IMG/VR virus record: IMGVR_UViG_3300028888_000002 | Length of the DNA: 64,000 bases | Direction: 5' to 3' (one strand) | DNA from: a virus | Taxonomy: Duplodnaviria; Caudoviricetes | Shown: positions 53,775-63,412 of the stretch, one piece after another | Position numbering within the stretch: position 1 is the first letter of the stretch | How the letters are laid out: each line of letters begins with the position of its first letter | Program-made: the position numbers and the translations under genes | The notes under the pieces: model-generated | Databases searched by the model: none | Told to the model about the DNA's origin: nothing | The model's input: the letters and a program-made list of their open reading frames with translations, nothing else

Positions 53775-55091
53775 TTAGGTTGCGTCTGCTGCGGGTTCGG
53801 CTACGGGTTCGGCAGCAGGCTTTTCAGCGTAGTTGTTGCCGTATTTGGCAGGACGCTTTGTCGCCACAGCGTCTTCGTGTTCTTCCCATTTCGCCCTTAC
53901 ACGTTCTGTGAGTTCCTTCGCCATTTCGGGGTTGTCTTCACACAGCTTAATAAGTTCGTCACGGGTAAATTCTTCGCCAAATTCGTCGTCAAAGTTAGCC
54001 TTGCGTTCGGGGTCTTCGGTAGCCCAACCGATAATCCAATCCACGGAAAGATTAGCGTTGCCTTCCTGGGATTTCTTGTCTTCCCTGCATTCCGCAGTCC
54101 AACCGTTCTTTTCAAGCCACGCTTTAAGGTTGGGGAGGGATTTCTTCTTTGCCGTAGCACTCCAAGCGATAGCGTTAGCAGCCTTTGTGAGCAGCTTGCC
54201 GTCGTCGCCACGCAGGTCAAACAGGTAGTCAATGTTGGAACCGATATTGTCAATACCGTAGTCAAAGTAAGCGGTATAGACGATTTCACGGAACGGACGG
54301 GGTGTCTTTGACTTCGTTGTAACAGCCTTGACGACCACGCCTACCTTTGTGCCCTCACGCTCAATAAATGCGAGCCTGGACAGCTTCAAGCGGGTATGGC
54401 AGTAGAACTCCATAGCGTCACCGTTGCCCGTTTTTTTCTTCGGGGCGAACGCACCCACGGCACCGAAGTTGCAGCGGGTCTGCGACACGATAATGAGCGT
54501 GAGTTTCTTGCGTTCCAACGCCTTGTGCTTGTTACGGAAAAAGTCCTGGGACAAGAACTTTGCGATTTGGGCACCGTAGTCACCGTCGTCCTTGACTTCT
54601 TCACCCTTTGCCTGCTGCTTTGCACGTTTGGCTTCCTTTTCCTTTTTGGTCTTGTCTGCAAGACCGTCCAGGGAGTCCACCGCATAGATACCATACATAT
54701 CTTCGGGCATCCAATTCAGCATATTCGTAAGTTTACCGTCCATTTCTTCAACGGTTTCGGAGTCTTCAAATTTAAGGTTTCCAATCTTACGAACTTCGGG
54801 GTGAATGTTCACACCATACAGGCGTTCGGTCTTGAACGTATCGCCCGTTTCGGAGTCGTCCGACTCCCAAACAAGTTTAGCTTTCGGACCGCCCATAGCC
54901 CAATAGGTTGACGCAATCATTTCGTTCTTGATAAAGGTCTTACCCGCAGAGCTATCGCCCCAAATTTGGATAATGGCACCGAACGGCAAACCATAGACAC
55001 CTTTATCGCCACCAATGAGCAGGTCAAGCAAATCGCTGCCCATACGCACACGGGGTTCTTCCACAACCACGTTTTCTTTCTTTTTAGCCAT
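53775..55091 (-). CDS. RecA/UvsX-like recombinase
   Basis: GSDLLDLLIGG..GLP.G.I.QIWGDSSAGKT (Walker A), VDSLD (Walker B), GDAMEFY. Confidence 0.9.
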   Translation of the reverse strand: MAKKKENVVVEEPRVRMGSDLLDLLIGGDKGVYGLPFGAIIQIWGDSSAGKTFIKNEMIASTYWAMGGPKAKLVWESDDSETGDTFKTERLYGVNIHPEVRKIGNLKFEDSETVEEMDGKLTNMLNWMPEDMYGIYAVDSLDGLADKTKKEKEAKRAKQQAKGEEVKDDGDYGAQIAKFLSQDFFRNKHKALERKKLTLIIVSQTRCNFGAVGAFAPKKKTGNGDAMEFYCHTRLKLSRLAFIEREGTKVGVVVKAVTTKSKTPRPFREIVYTAYFDYGIDNIGSNIDYLFDLRGDDGKLLTKAANAIAWSATAKKKSLPNLKAWLEKNGWTAECREDKKSQEGNANLSVDWIIGWATEDPERKANFDDEFGEEFTRDELIKLCEDNPEMAKELTERVRAKWEEHEDAVATKRPAKYGNNYAEKPAAEPVAEPAADAT

Positions 55092-55106
55092 AGTAATATC
55101 CTGGTT

Positions 55107-55138
55107 AAAAAGGGGCGTTAGCGTGAGCCAACGCCCCC
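55107..55138 (-). terminator. intrinsic terminator after SSB
   Basis: GGGGCGTT/AACGCCCC stem plus U tract. Confidence 0.8.
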
Positions 55139-55157
55139 TGTTTGTTTACGGGTTATT

Positions 55158-56717
55158 TTACTTCTTGCGAGCCATCAAGCGTTTGCACTTGTCACACTTG
55201 GACCAAATGGCTTCGGGACAACGGCTGCACAAAGGCATTTTTTCACAGTCGGTTCCGAACTCATAACCATTCGGGCATTCGCCTTCGTCCACGTCACGCT
55301 TCGGCACAGACCTCGGAGCGGGCTTTGCAGGCTGTTCTTCGGGCTGTTCGTCGTCAAACGGCATAGTCGGTGCAGGTGCTTCGGAACGGGTCGTTTCTTT
55401 GGACGAATCCTGGTCCACGGCAGTCTTGCGGGAATTGCGACGGGCTGCGGTGTAAGGGTCCGTATTGAAATCGGCTTCGTCAAGGGTAGCGTCTTTCGGT
55501 TCGTTATCCTTGAAGCGGGCAGGGGCTTCGTCCTGTGCAGGGCGACGACGTGCGGGTGCCTCGTCTTCTTCCTGGACGGGGCGACGACGAGCAGGGGCTT
55601 CGTCCTGCGGTTCTTCTGCAACAGGGCGACGACGAGTCGGTGCAGGCTGTTCGTCTTCGGCTTCGTCGGCAACAGGGCGACGACGTGCAGGTGCTTCGTC
55701 CTGCGGTTCTTCGGCAGCAGGACGACGACGTGCCTGTGCGGGCTGTTCGTCTTCTTCAACTTCTGCGTGGCGACGACGATTAGTCGGCTGTTCGTCACCC
55801 ATATCGTCGGACGGGTTGTTATCACGGAAACGTGCAGGTGTAGCCTGTCCTTCGTCGCCTTCGTCGGGCTGATTTTCATAGCCCTCTTCAACGTCGTCGG
55901 GGTCGCCATAAAGAGCAGCTTTAAGTTGGTCGTAGGTCTTAATCACCATCATAGCGTCAAGCGACGGGCACTTTGCGAGAACGTCCGCAGCGATTTCTTC
56001 CTTGCGTTCGTTGAACTCAAAGTTAGCAGCTTTCTTGAATTTCTTGCCGTTGCCCATAGTGTCTTCGTTCACGTTGAACGACACGACACGACCTTCTTCA
56101 ATGGAAGTGTCGGCAAAGTTCACAACGCCCTTGCCACGCATACAGGCGGTGGCACGGTCCTGCAAGTCCTTTGAGAAGACAGCGTGGGACACTTCAAAAA
56201 TCTTCGGGTCTTCGCCCTTGTCGTAAAATTCGTCGGTGAGTTCCTGGACAACGTAAATGCACTTGCGACGGGCAAAGAGCTTGCGGGCTTCGTCCTTTGT
56301 GCGTTCGTCTTTCCAAAGTTCGTCGGCACGTTCGCAAATCGGGCACGGCTTACCGAAGTTTTTCTTCGGGCAAATGTAGTCACCGTTCCCAGGTCCGATG
56401 CGGGTATGCACCATAAGGTCAAGCACGTAATCCAGGTCGCCAACCATAACCTTTGCGGGGTTCGGGTTGCCGTTACGCAGAAATTCGGGTTCGTCCTTTG
56501 TGCGGACAACTTCGGGATGGTTCTTTGTTGCAATCTTCCACGGAAGAATGTTAATGTCGTGGTAAGTGCCAGGGTCGCCCATTTTGAAAAATTTGAGTTT
56601 GGTGGACCCATAGTTCATAAATCCTTGACGGGTTACACCACCGTTGGATTCACGGGTATCTGTTTGCTGTTGGGTGCGACGACCCAGGGACATACGGCTG
56701 CGGTCATATCCTGCCAT
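55158..56717 (-). CDS. single-stranded DNA-binding protein (gp32-like) with long repetitive tail
   Basis: H...ICPK...PCPICE Zn motif, acidic tail, position between UvsY-like and UvsX-like genes. Confidence 0.75.
   Translation of the reverse strand: MAGYDRSRMSLGRRTQQQTDTRESNGGVTRQGFMNYGSTKLKFFKMGDPGTYHDINILPWKIATKNHPEVVRTKDEPEFLRNGNPNPAKVMVGDLDYVLDLMVHTRIGPGNGDYICPKKNFGKPCPICERADELWKDERTKDEARKLFARRKCIYVVQELTDEFYDKGEDPKIFEVSHAVFSKDLQDRATACMRGKGVVNFADTSIEEGRVVSFNVNEDTMGNGKKFKKAANFEFNERKEEIAADVLAKCPSLDAMMVIKTYDQLKAALYGDPDDVEEGYENQPDEGDEGQATPARFRDNNPSDDMGDEQPTNRRRHAEVEEDEQPAQARRRPAAEEPQDEAPARRRPVADEAEDEQPAPTRRRPVAEEPQDEAPARRRPVQEEDEAPARRRPAQDEAPARFKDNEPKDATLDEADFNTDPYTAARRNSRKTAVDQDSSKETTRSEAPAPTMPFDDEQPEEQPAKPAPRSVPKRDVDEGECPNGYEFGTDCEKMPLCSRCPEAIWSKCDKCKRLMARKK
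55515..55790 (-). repeat. tandem coding repeats (DEAPARRRP-like, about 7 copies)
   Basis: Repeated cgacgacg...gcagg units on the plus strand. Confidence 0.85.
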
Positions 56718-56867
56718 ATTGAACTCCTATTTGTTTAGTTTGCGTTTTGCGTTTTGTTTCTGTTCACTATTCACATAACCCTTTGGAGCGGAGAACCCCG
56801 CAGGGTTGATAATTCAATATAGCAACATAGCGACAAAATTGCTATATGTCATACTGAAAACTTTGTG

Positions 56868-57356
56868 TTACCTGCCGTTCAAATGCCTACGGATAGAGTT
56901 CGTGGATTCGTCGCCCGCCCAATCTTCGGCTACGCCTTTGGAACTCAACACGTTAGACTTTGACAGCATCATACGGACGGCACATTCAATCATAGACTTC
57001 TTTTGGTCAAGAGCCTTAACCTTGCCGTCCAACTTTTTAAATTCCTTTGTCTTTTCAACGATAACCTTACGCTGCTCCACCAGGCGGGAGTCGGACGCAA
57101 CCAGGGCTGTGACTTCGGGGATAGTCAACTTGACCTTGTTCTTTTCAGCGTCCTTACGGATTTCAAGTTCAACTTCGCCCTCCATTCGTTTGAGGGTGTC
57201 CGCTGCGTCGTCACGTTCCGCAAGGGCATCCACAGCCAGGTCGCTGTAATAGGCATACAAGGACGACTGCATAGCCACTGCGGGCTGCAAATCCATAAAG
57301 TCAATTTCCAAGTCGGGGTCAACCGTATTTATGGAAAAGTTGTAGTTCCCGTTCAT
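56868..57356 (-). CDS. UvsY-like recombination mediator
   Basis: Helical protein with DLEID...SSLYAYY...KLTIPEVTALVASD...ALDQKKSMI; synteny. Confidence 0.65.
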   Translation of the reverse strand: MNGNYNFSINTVDPDLEIDFMDLQPAVAMQSSLYAYYSDLAVDALAERDDAADTLKRMEGEVELEIRKDAEKNKVKLTIPEVTALVASDSRLVEQRKVIVEKTKEFKKLDGKVKALDQKKSMIECAVRMMLSKSNVLSSKGVAEDWAGDESTNSIRRHLNGR

Positions 57357-57398
57357 AAGGGTTCCTTTTGTTTAAGGGTTAATCGGGTTAAAAAATAA

Positions 57399-57471
57399 TG
57401 GACGTGACAGGGCTTGAACCTGTAACCGTCGGGTTATGAGTCCGATGCACTAACCATTGTGCTACACGTCC
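57399..57471 (-). tRNA. tRNA with CAT anticodon (Met or Ile2)
   Basis: GGACGTG/CACGTCC acceptor, TCGGA-CTCATAA-CCCGA arm, TTCAAG T-loop. Confidence 0.88.
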
Positions 57472-57483
57472 ATTTCAGCCTAG

Positions 57484-58428
57484 CTACTTCAAGGACCTGT
57501 AAGCAGCCAGGACAATGCCAGGAAATCCCGTGTCATAGGTGTTAATGGCAAATTCTTCCATAACACGGCAAATGCGGTCACTGCTCTTTTTAAGCAGGAT
57601 AGCGGAGCAGTAACCCAGGACGGCACGACGGATAGTTTCAGCGTCAACGTTGCCCTTGAGTTCCCGCAGGGACTTGTTAATTTCATTCCAGGACGGCTTG
57701 CTGTCACAAAGGGCACGGCAAAGGTCCAGGGTATTCGGGTCGTCTTCAAGACCACCCTCCAGGATTTTCAACTGTGCTTCAACGTCGTTGGGGCTTGCCA
57801 TAACCTTTTCAAGTGCAACCAGGGCAGCACGGGGCGAGCCGTCGGCAGATTCAATGATAGCCGTAAGAACCTTGTCGTCCACTTCAAACTTTTCCGCTTC
57901 GGCAGTCCGCAGGACCAACTTGCCCAACTGTCGGGCGTTGAGCGGTTCTAGCTTCCATTGGGTGCTGCGGGTGGCGAGAGCCTTACCCTCGTCGCCTTTA
58001 AGCAACTGCTGTAAGTTCGTTGTGCAGAAGAAGAAATAGACGTGGGCGGGCATATCCTCGGTAGGCTTCAAGAATGCACGTTTAGCGTCTGCGGTCATAC
58101 CGTGGGCTTCGTCAATGATATAGACCACGGACCTGCCTTTAAGGGGCAGAGAACGCATTTGGTCCCTAATGTCACGGACGGTATCAATGCCACGGTTGTC
58201 GGACGTATTGATTTCGTGAATGCTGAAATCGGGGTCAGCGTGAAGCAGCTCCGTAGCGATAATGCGGGCGATTGTGGTCTTGCCTGCACCGCTAGACCCG
58301 TAGATAATGTGGCAGTGCGACACACGCTTCGGGTCCTGTGCGAAATGGGTTTGAATGGCATTGATTACCTCGGTGTTGCCTACCATATCGGCAAACGTCT
58401 TCGGGCGATACACTTGATAAAGTGACAT
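57484..58428 (-). CDS. clamp loader AAA+ subunit (DNA Pol III gamma/tau or RFC-like)
   Basis: LYQVYRPKTFADMVG, GSSGAGKTT, IIDEAH, GSPRAAL. Confidence 0.92.
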   Translation of the reverse strand: MSLYQVYRPKTFADMVGNTEVINAIQTHFAQDPKRVSHCHIIYGSSGAGKTTIARIIATELLHADPDFSIHEINTSDNRGIDTVRDIRDQMRSLPLKGRSVVYIIDEAHGMTADAKRAFLKPTEDMPAHVYFFFCTTNLQQLLKGDEGKALATRSTQWKLEPLNARQLGKLVLRTAEAEKFEVDDKVLTAIIESADGSPRAALVALEKVMASPNDVEAQLKILEGGLEDDPNTLDLCRALCDSKPSWNEINKSLRELKGNVDAETIRRAVLGYCSAILLKKSSDRICRVMEEFAINTYDTGFPGIVLAAYRSLK

Positions 58429-58429
58429 A

Positions 58430-58789
58430 TTACAGATTCCCCAGGGAAATGTTGTATTTGGTGGTTAAGAGTTTTTCCAGGTCGTCCTTGAGCGAAAGGA
58501 CTTCGCCCATATTCGGGTCGTGACCCGTAAAGGTGCGGAGTATAGAAGACGCAAAGTCTTCAAGGTTGGAGTTCGCAAGTTCCTGTTCCTTTTCTTCAAG
58601 TTCTTCTTCCAGGTCTTCAACACGGGAAGCCAGGGTAGCATTGTCGTCTTCAAGGCTATCAATGCGGTCTTCGTATTCTGCCTGGAGTCTATCAATGCCG
58701 TCCTTGATTTCGTCGGCAATATCGGTATATTTTTCTGCAAGGCGGTCAACGTTGTCCTTGATGTCTTGCACGTCGGTATCTGTTACCAT
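58430..58789 (-). CDS. acidic coiled-coil protein (start MVTDTD)
   Basis: AACCGAGG RBS upstream of 58789. Confidence 0.7.
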   Translation of the reverse strand: MVTDTDVQDIKDNVDRLAEKYTDIADEIKDGIDRLQAEYEDRIDSLEDDNATLASRVEDLEEELEEKEQELANSNLEDFASSILRTFTGHDPNMGEVLSLKDDLEKLLTTKYNISLGNL

Positions 58790-58835
58790 AGTTAATCCTC
58801 GGTTTTGGGTTAAAACAGTGATACGGGCACACGCT

Positions 58836-59090
58836 TTACGTGTTGACGGGTTCGGCACCCGTGTATTTTTGCAGCAGGCGTTCCACTTCGTTTTTGAAAT
58901 CAAGAACGTCGTTCTGCAACGGCACGGTCCCCGTATATTTTTTGAGAAGTTCATAGCATAACGATTCTGTCGTAATGTTATCCAGGACCGAAGCAGTGTC
59001 CGTCGGGAGCCTGTCAAGGTTATCAAGGGCTTCGGTAACTACCGCTTGAATATCGCCCAGGTATTTCTTTGCAACTTCAAAGTTATTCAT
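58836..59090 (-). CDS. hypothetical protein
   Basis: ORF track; class-2 motif at 59111. Confidence 0.7.
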   Translation of the reverse strand: MNNFEVAKKYLGDIQAVVTEALDNLDRLPTDTASVLDNITTESLCYELLKKYTGTVPLQNDVLDFKNEVERLLQKYTGAEPVNT

Positions 59091-59127
59091 AGGTTGGTTT
59101 CCTTAATAGGTATATAGTCGTATGGTG

Positions 59128-59910
59128 TCAAATTCCGATATTGCCGTAAATGTAGAACGGTCCCGTCAAGTCCCGCAGACGCTTGTTTGCCACTTCGCAG
59201 TATTCGGTATTTGTTTCAAATCCGATAAATTTGCGGTTTTCCATAACCGCAGCGACGGCAGTAGTCCCGCTACCCATACAGTTATCCAGGACCACTTCGC
59301 CAGGATTCGTGTAGGTTCTCACCAGGTATCGGATTAGGTCAACGGGCTTTTCCGTCGGGTGCAATTTGTTGGCGTGGACGGGCGTAAAGCTAATGATAGA
59401 TACGGGGTGTTTGTCCGTATAGACATTCTGCTGTTTAGCCATTGTATTCTTATGCAGCAGCCCGCAGGTGTTAAGCCCCCCGCCATTTCGCACGGGAACG
59501 TCCCGTAGGGTCTTTTGGGGATAATACCGCATAGAGTGACCGTTGTTGGTGAAACAAGCACTGCTCTTGCTGAATACGCTAATCAATTCGTGGATTCTAC
59601 CGCATTGGTAGTTCATTAGCTGAAAGTTGCTAGGCTTTTCCTTGTTCCAAACCCAATCGTAACGATACATAGCCACGTTGCTCGCACGTAGCAGGCTGCT
59701 GAATGGTTCGGAACCGAACAGGACAATAGCCCCATCTTCACGGATAACCCGCTTATACTGTTCCCACAGCGGTTCAAACGGGATAACAGAATCCCACTTG
59801 CAGGCGGTAGTCCCGTAAGGCAAATCGCAGATTATACAGTCAACGGAGCCGTCGGGGATTTCTTTCATACCCTCCAAACAGTCCATATTGTAAATGCGGT
59901 TCAAATCCAT
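59128..59910 (-). CDS. DNA methyltransferase (beta class)
   Basis: CDLPYG, HPTEKP, DNCMGSGTT. Confidence 0.93.
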   Translation of the reverse strand: MDLNRIYNMDCLEGMKEIPDGSVDCIICDLPYGTTACKWDSVIPFEPLWEQYKRVIREDGAIVLFGSEPFSSLLRASNVAMYRYDWVWNKEKPSNFQLMNYQCGRIHELISVFSKSSACFTNNGHSMRYYPQKTLRDVPVRNGGGLNTCGLLHKNTMAKQQNVYTDKHPVSIISFTPVHANKLHPTEKPVDLIRYLVRTYTNPGEVVLDNCMGSGTTAVAAVMENRKFIGFETNTEYCEVANKRLRDLTGPFYIYGNIGI

Positions 59911-59913
59911 ACG

Positions 59914-60726
59914 CTATACTCCAATGTTTCCGTAGATATAGAACGGACCCGTCAAATCCCGCAGACGCTTGTTCGCCTTGTCAAAGTAATCCTTGTCGGT
60001 TTCAAACCCGATAAACTTACGGTTCTCTAAAACTGCTGCAACAGCAGTCGTCCCGCTACCCATACAGTTATCCAAAATGGTATCACCTGGATTTGAGTAG
60101 GTGCGGACAAGATAACGGATTAGCTCCACAGGTTTCTGTGTCGGGTGGAAGCGTTGGTCCAGGTCGCTCTTGTATTCCTTTGAGTAACTTTGGCAGTGCG
60201 GGATTTTCGCACATACTACGCTAATCGGATAGCGGGTTCCGTCTTCCTGCGGACGGGTCCTGTGCATAGACCCATAGATATTGTTCCCGATAAATTCATT
60301 GTCCTTAAAGGTCTTTCGCTGCGTGAGAAATTCCTTTTTATCCACAAGCCATTTCTGCGGGTTGAACGTAGGCTTCCCCGATTTGGAAAACACAATAATG
60401 TTTTCGTGAAGTTTAAGGTGCTTACTATCCTTGCTGAAACCCGAAGCAGGTTTGTTTTTGAGCCAACACAGTTCTTCCCTAAATTGGGAAATGTTGCTGC
60501 TAATGAGCATACTTGTAAACGGCTGCGAGCCGAACAAAATAATCGGGGCGGTATCTTTACAGATACGGTGGTATTGCTCCCACAGCGGTTCAAACGGAAT
60601 AACAGAATCCCAGGCACAAGAGGTCGTGCCATAAGGTAAATCACAAATGACACAATCCACCGTTCCGTCGGGAATTTCTTTCATTCCAACCAGGCAGTCT
60701 TCGTTATAAATTCTGTTCAGTTCCAT
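59914..60726 (-). CDS. DNA methyltransferase (beta class; start MELNRI)
   Basis: CDLPYG, HPTQKP, DNCMGSGTT. Confidence 0.93.
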   Translation of the reverse strand: MELNRIYNEDCLVGMKEIPDGTVDCVICDLPYGTTSCAWDSVIPFEPLWEQYHRICKDTAPIILFGSQPFTSMLISSNISQFREELCWLKNKPASGFSKDSKHLKLHENIIVFSKSGKPTFNPQKWLVDKKEFLTQRKTFKDNEFIGNNIYGSMHRTRPQEDGTRYPISVVCAKIPHCQSYSKEYKSDLDQRFHPTQKPVELIRYLVRTYSNPGDTILDNCMGSGTTAVAAVLENRKFIGFETDKDYFDKANKRLRDLTGPFYIYGNIGV

Positions 60727-60727
60727 A

Positions 60728-63412
60728 TCAATGTGCAGCCTCAAACTTCGCCTGCCAATTTTCGGGCATACCCTCGGTCCGCAAGGCTCCCACTTCTGTC
60801 ATTTTAGCCCAGGACCCGTCAACGTAAGACGCATCGGCTTCAATGACAAGCGGAACGCAAATCCACGGAAATTCTTCGCTTACACGCTTCACACCGTTGC
60901 CATAGACAATCTTCGCCACCTTGTCTTCTTCGCCCTCTTTAACGAGAGCAATAATAGCGTCGTGAATTTGTCCGATAATGCAGGAAAGCAAGCCCTGGGA
61001 CTTGAAGTCCTGCAAGTCGTAGGTCAATGCTCGCAGCAAGATATGGAACGCAGACCCTTGAATGCAGCAGTTCGTAGCCTGGGTGTAGCCCATAGGTCCC
61101 CAACAGCGGAAACCCGTGTAGGACTGCACATAGCCCATCTTTTGATAGCGGTCCCATTCGGTCCTACGCCACGCATTATAGACCTTGAAGCGTTGGTTCC
61201 AAAATATATCGTCGCCTTTCTTGACGTGTGCTTCCCACTTTTCGTAGGTCGTAATCTTGTGGTCCTTTGCCAAATGTTCCTTCGTGTAGGCAGGCATATT
61301 GTTCCACATATTTCGGGCACACGACTTGTAGGACGCACCGTAGAACGACGAGAACACATAGCCCGATTTGATAGACGAGCGTTCTTCCTTTGTAAGTTCT
61401 TCGGGCGTTCGGATATACATATCGCAAGCAGTATCACGGTGCATATCCGAAGCGGGGTTCTGCAAGTAGTGAATCATCTGCGGGTCGTGGTGATAGCTTG
61501 CGGACACCATAACTTCCAGGGACTTGTAGTCCATTTCCATAAAGCGGTAGCCCTTTGGAGCCACGAACAACGTTCGCAGGATTTTCTTCATTTCCTTATC
61601 ACGCTTCGGAATGTTTTGAAAGTTCGGGCTGTCAGCCGACGAACGGTAGGTTCGGGGACCCGCATCGTCTTCACCGCCCGCACCCGTTGACAGGTTAAAG
61701 AACGGACGGATTAGGTAGGCTTGCTTTTCTTCGTCCCATACGGCTTCACGTCTGTAGCCATCCAGGAAGTCCATAATCTTTGCCCAACGACGCATTCCCA
61801 AAATGGACTTGCAGAACGGGGTTCCCAACTTTTCCAGGGTGTCGCCCGTAGCGTCTTCCTTACCCGAAGGCGGTTTCAGCTTGCAAATCTTGTAAAGGAC
61901 TTCGGCAATTTGTTTGTTAGAGAGCGGGTTGAAAGTTTCGCCAGGGTGCAGCTTGCACCACTGCTTCGCTTCGTCGGACGCTTTGACGGCTTCTTCGGAT
62001 TCCTTGAACTTGTCTTCAAGTTCCTTTTGCAAGTCGTTAATCCTGCCATAGTCAATCGGCAAACCCTCGGACTGCACACGGGCGAGAGCGTCCATACCTT
62101 TCATAAAGAAGCGGAACGACTTTTCAAGACCAACCATCTGTGCGGACTGAATGTCACGCAGCGGGAGCGTATAAATGGAGTCAAGACCGCAATAGTAGAT
62201 AATGTCGCCTTTGGGGACACCCACGCCCTTTTTGAGCAGGTTAAAGGCGTTGCAGCTCTTTGTGTCTTCCCCGTCCATAATCGTAGAAATGAAATGGTCC
62301 GCTTTGTTGTCGTAGCCGATAACGCCCAATTCACAGTAGGTGTGGAATTTCAGCCCAACCTTTTGGGAGTTGTCTAGGACGTGGGCACCCAGGCAAGTGT
62401 CCCAGGACCAATTATCAATCCAATCTGTGCGGGAGTTATGCAGACCCGCCCTAAACCTGGTCCAACAGGCTTCATAGTCAGCCTTGTGTGCAACCAACCC
62501 TATTTTCTTGTGGTGCGTGAGTTTATACCAGGCATTCACCAGGCGTTCGTTGTCACCGTCCCACCAAATACCGATAGCGTGATACTCACCGTCCTTACGA
62601 TAGCCGACGGACGCAGCCTTGATTTCGTGACCTGCACGGTGGGGTTTCAAGCCCGTGGTTTCGTAATCAATGGAAACGTCGTGATAGCCTTCGGGAGCCT
62701 TGTCAAGTTGGTCTGTTTCAGCCCATTCAATGATTTCTTCAATCCAATCGGCTGCGGTGTCTGCATCGCCTGTGGTGCGAACGTCCGTCGGTATTTTCGG
62801 CAGCGGGGTATCTTTTATTTGATAGGCTAGACGGATATGCTGCGAGAAATACATATACGGGCAACCGTCGTCACGCTGCCAGGTCAAAAATTCGGGCGAG
62901 TAGGTCGGGCAAATCCAACAGTTGTAGAAGCGGTCGGGAATGCGTTTACCGTAAAGGTCCGACGGCTTCGTGTTGCCGATACGTCCGCTCATACGGTCCC
63001 AAATAAGTGCCTGGATAGCTGCGGGACCCATAGGAATGATTACGTTCGGCTTCAATTCGTTAATGAGCCTGTTCAAGCGTTCCTTGCAACAGTCGGGCTT
63101 CGGGTCCTTGTCGTTTTGACACGGGCACGGGATTACATAACCAATCCAGGCGGATTCCAGGAAATCCCTGGGCAGTCCACGCCTACCCTGCAAGTCCCAA
63201 AGATAATCATACATTTTATGTAGGAACACCGTGTCGTGGTCGTTGCCTTCCTTTCCACGGGGGTGGTCGCACAGGAACAGAACCTTGTCCTTGCCCTTAC
63301 CCGCAAACGGTAAATCCTTGCCCGATTGGTCTAATCCGCAGGCTAGACAGCCTGTAAGTTTCGGCTTCGCTGACATTGCTTGAATGGCAGCGGGAATTTT
63401 GAAAAAGCCCAT
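60728..63412 (-). CDS. family A DNA polymerase with N-terminal UDG-like domain and 3'-5' exonuclease
   Basis: DYETTGL (ExoI), PNFQNIP, MDYKSLE (motif A), R...K...F...YG (motif B), QIHDA (motif C); N-terminus resembles family-4 UDG. Confidence 0.93.
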   Translation of the reverse strand: MGFFKIPAAIQAMSAKPKLTGCLACGLDQSGKDLPFAGKGKDKVLFLCDHPRGKEGNDHDTVFLHKMYDYLWDLQGRRGLPRDFLESAWIGYVIPCPCQNDKDPKPDCCKERLNRLINELKPNVIIPMGPAAIQALIWDRMSGRIGNTKPSDLYGKRIPDRFYNCWICPTYSPEFLTWQRDDGCPYMYFSQHIRLAYQIKDTPLPKIPTDVRTTGDADTAADWIEEIIEWAETDQLDKAPEGYHDVSIDYETTGLKPHRAGHEIKAASVGYRKDGEYHAIGIWWDGDNERLVNAWYKLTHHKKIGLVAHKADYEACWTRFRAGLHNSRTDWIDNWSWDTCLGAHVLDNSQKVGLKFHTYCELGVIGYDNKADHFISTIMDGEDTKSCNAFNLLKKGVGVPKGDIIYYCGLDSIYTLPLRDIQSAQMVGLEKSFRFFMKGMDALARVQSEGLPIDYGRINDLQKELEDKFKESEEAVKASDEAKQWCKLHPGETFNPLSNKQIAEVLYKICKLKPPSGKEDATGDTLEKLGTPFCKSILGMRRWAKIMDFLDGYRREAVWDEEKQAYLIRPFFNLSTGAGGEDDAGPRTYRSSADSPNFQNIPKRDKEMKKILRTLFVAPKGYRFMEMDYKSLEVMVSASYHHDPQMIHYLQNPASDMHRDTACDMYIRTPEELTKEERSSIKSGYVFSSFYGASYKSCARNMWNNMPAYTKEHLAKDHKITTYEKWEAHVKKGDDIFWNQRFKVYNAWRRTEWDRYQKMGYVQSYTGFRCWGPMGYTQATNCCIQGSAFHILLRALTYDLQDFKSQGLLSCIIGQIHDAIIALVKEGEEDKVAKIVYGNGVKRVSEEFPWICVPLVIEADASYVDGSWAKMTEVGALRTEGMPENWQAKFEAAH

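Noticed and set aside
9468-63223. Many long plus-strand ORFs (e.g. 9468..10301, 16925..17641, 60731..61690)
   Set aside because: They are antisense shadows of clear minus-strand genes, with no RBS, promoter or recognisable motifs.
60728-63412. Intron or intein in the polymerase or recombinase
   Set aside because: ORFs are continuous with motifs at normal spacing; no intein terminal signature or homing endonuclease is seen.
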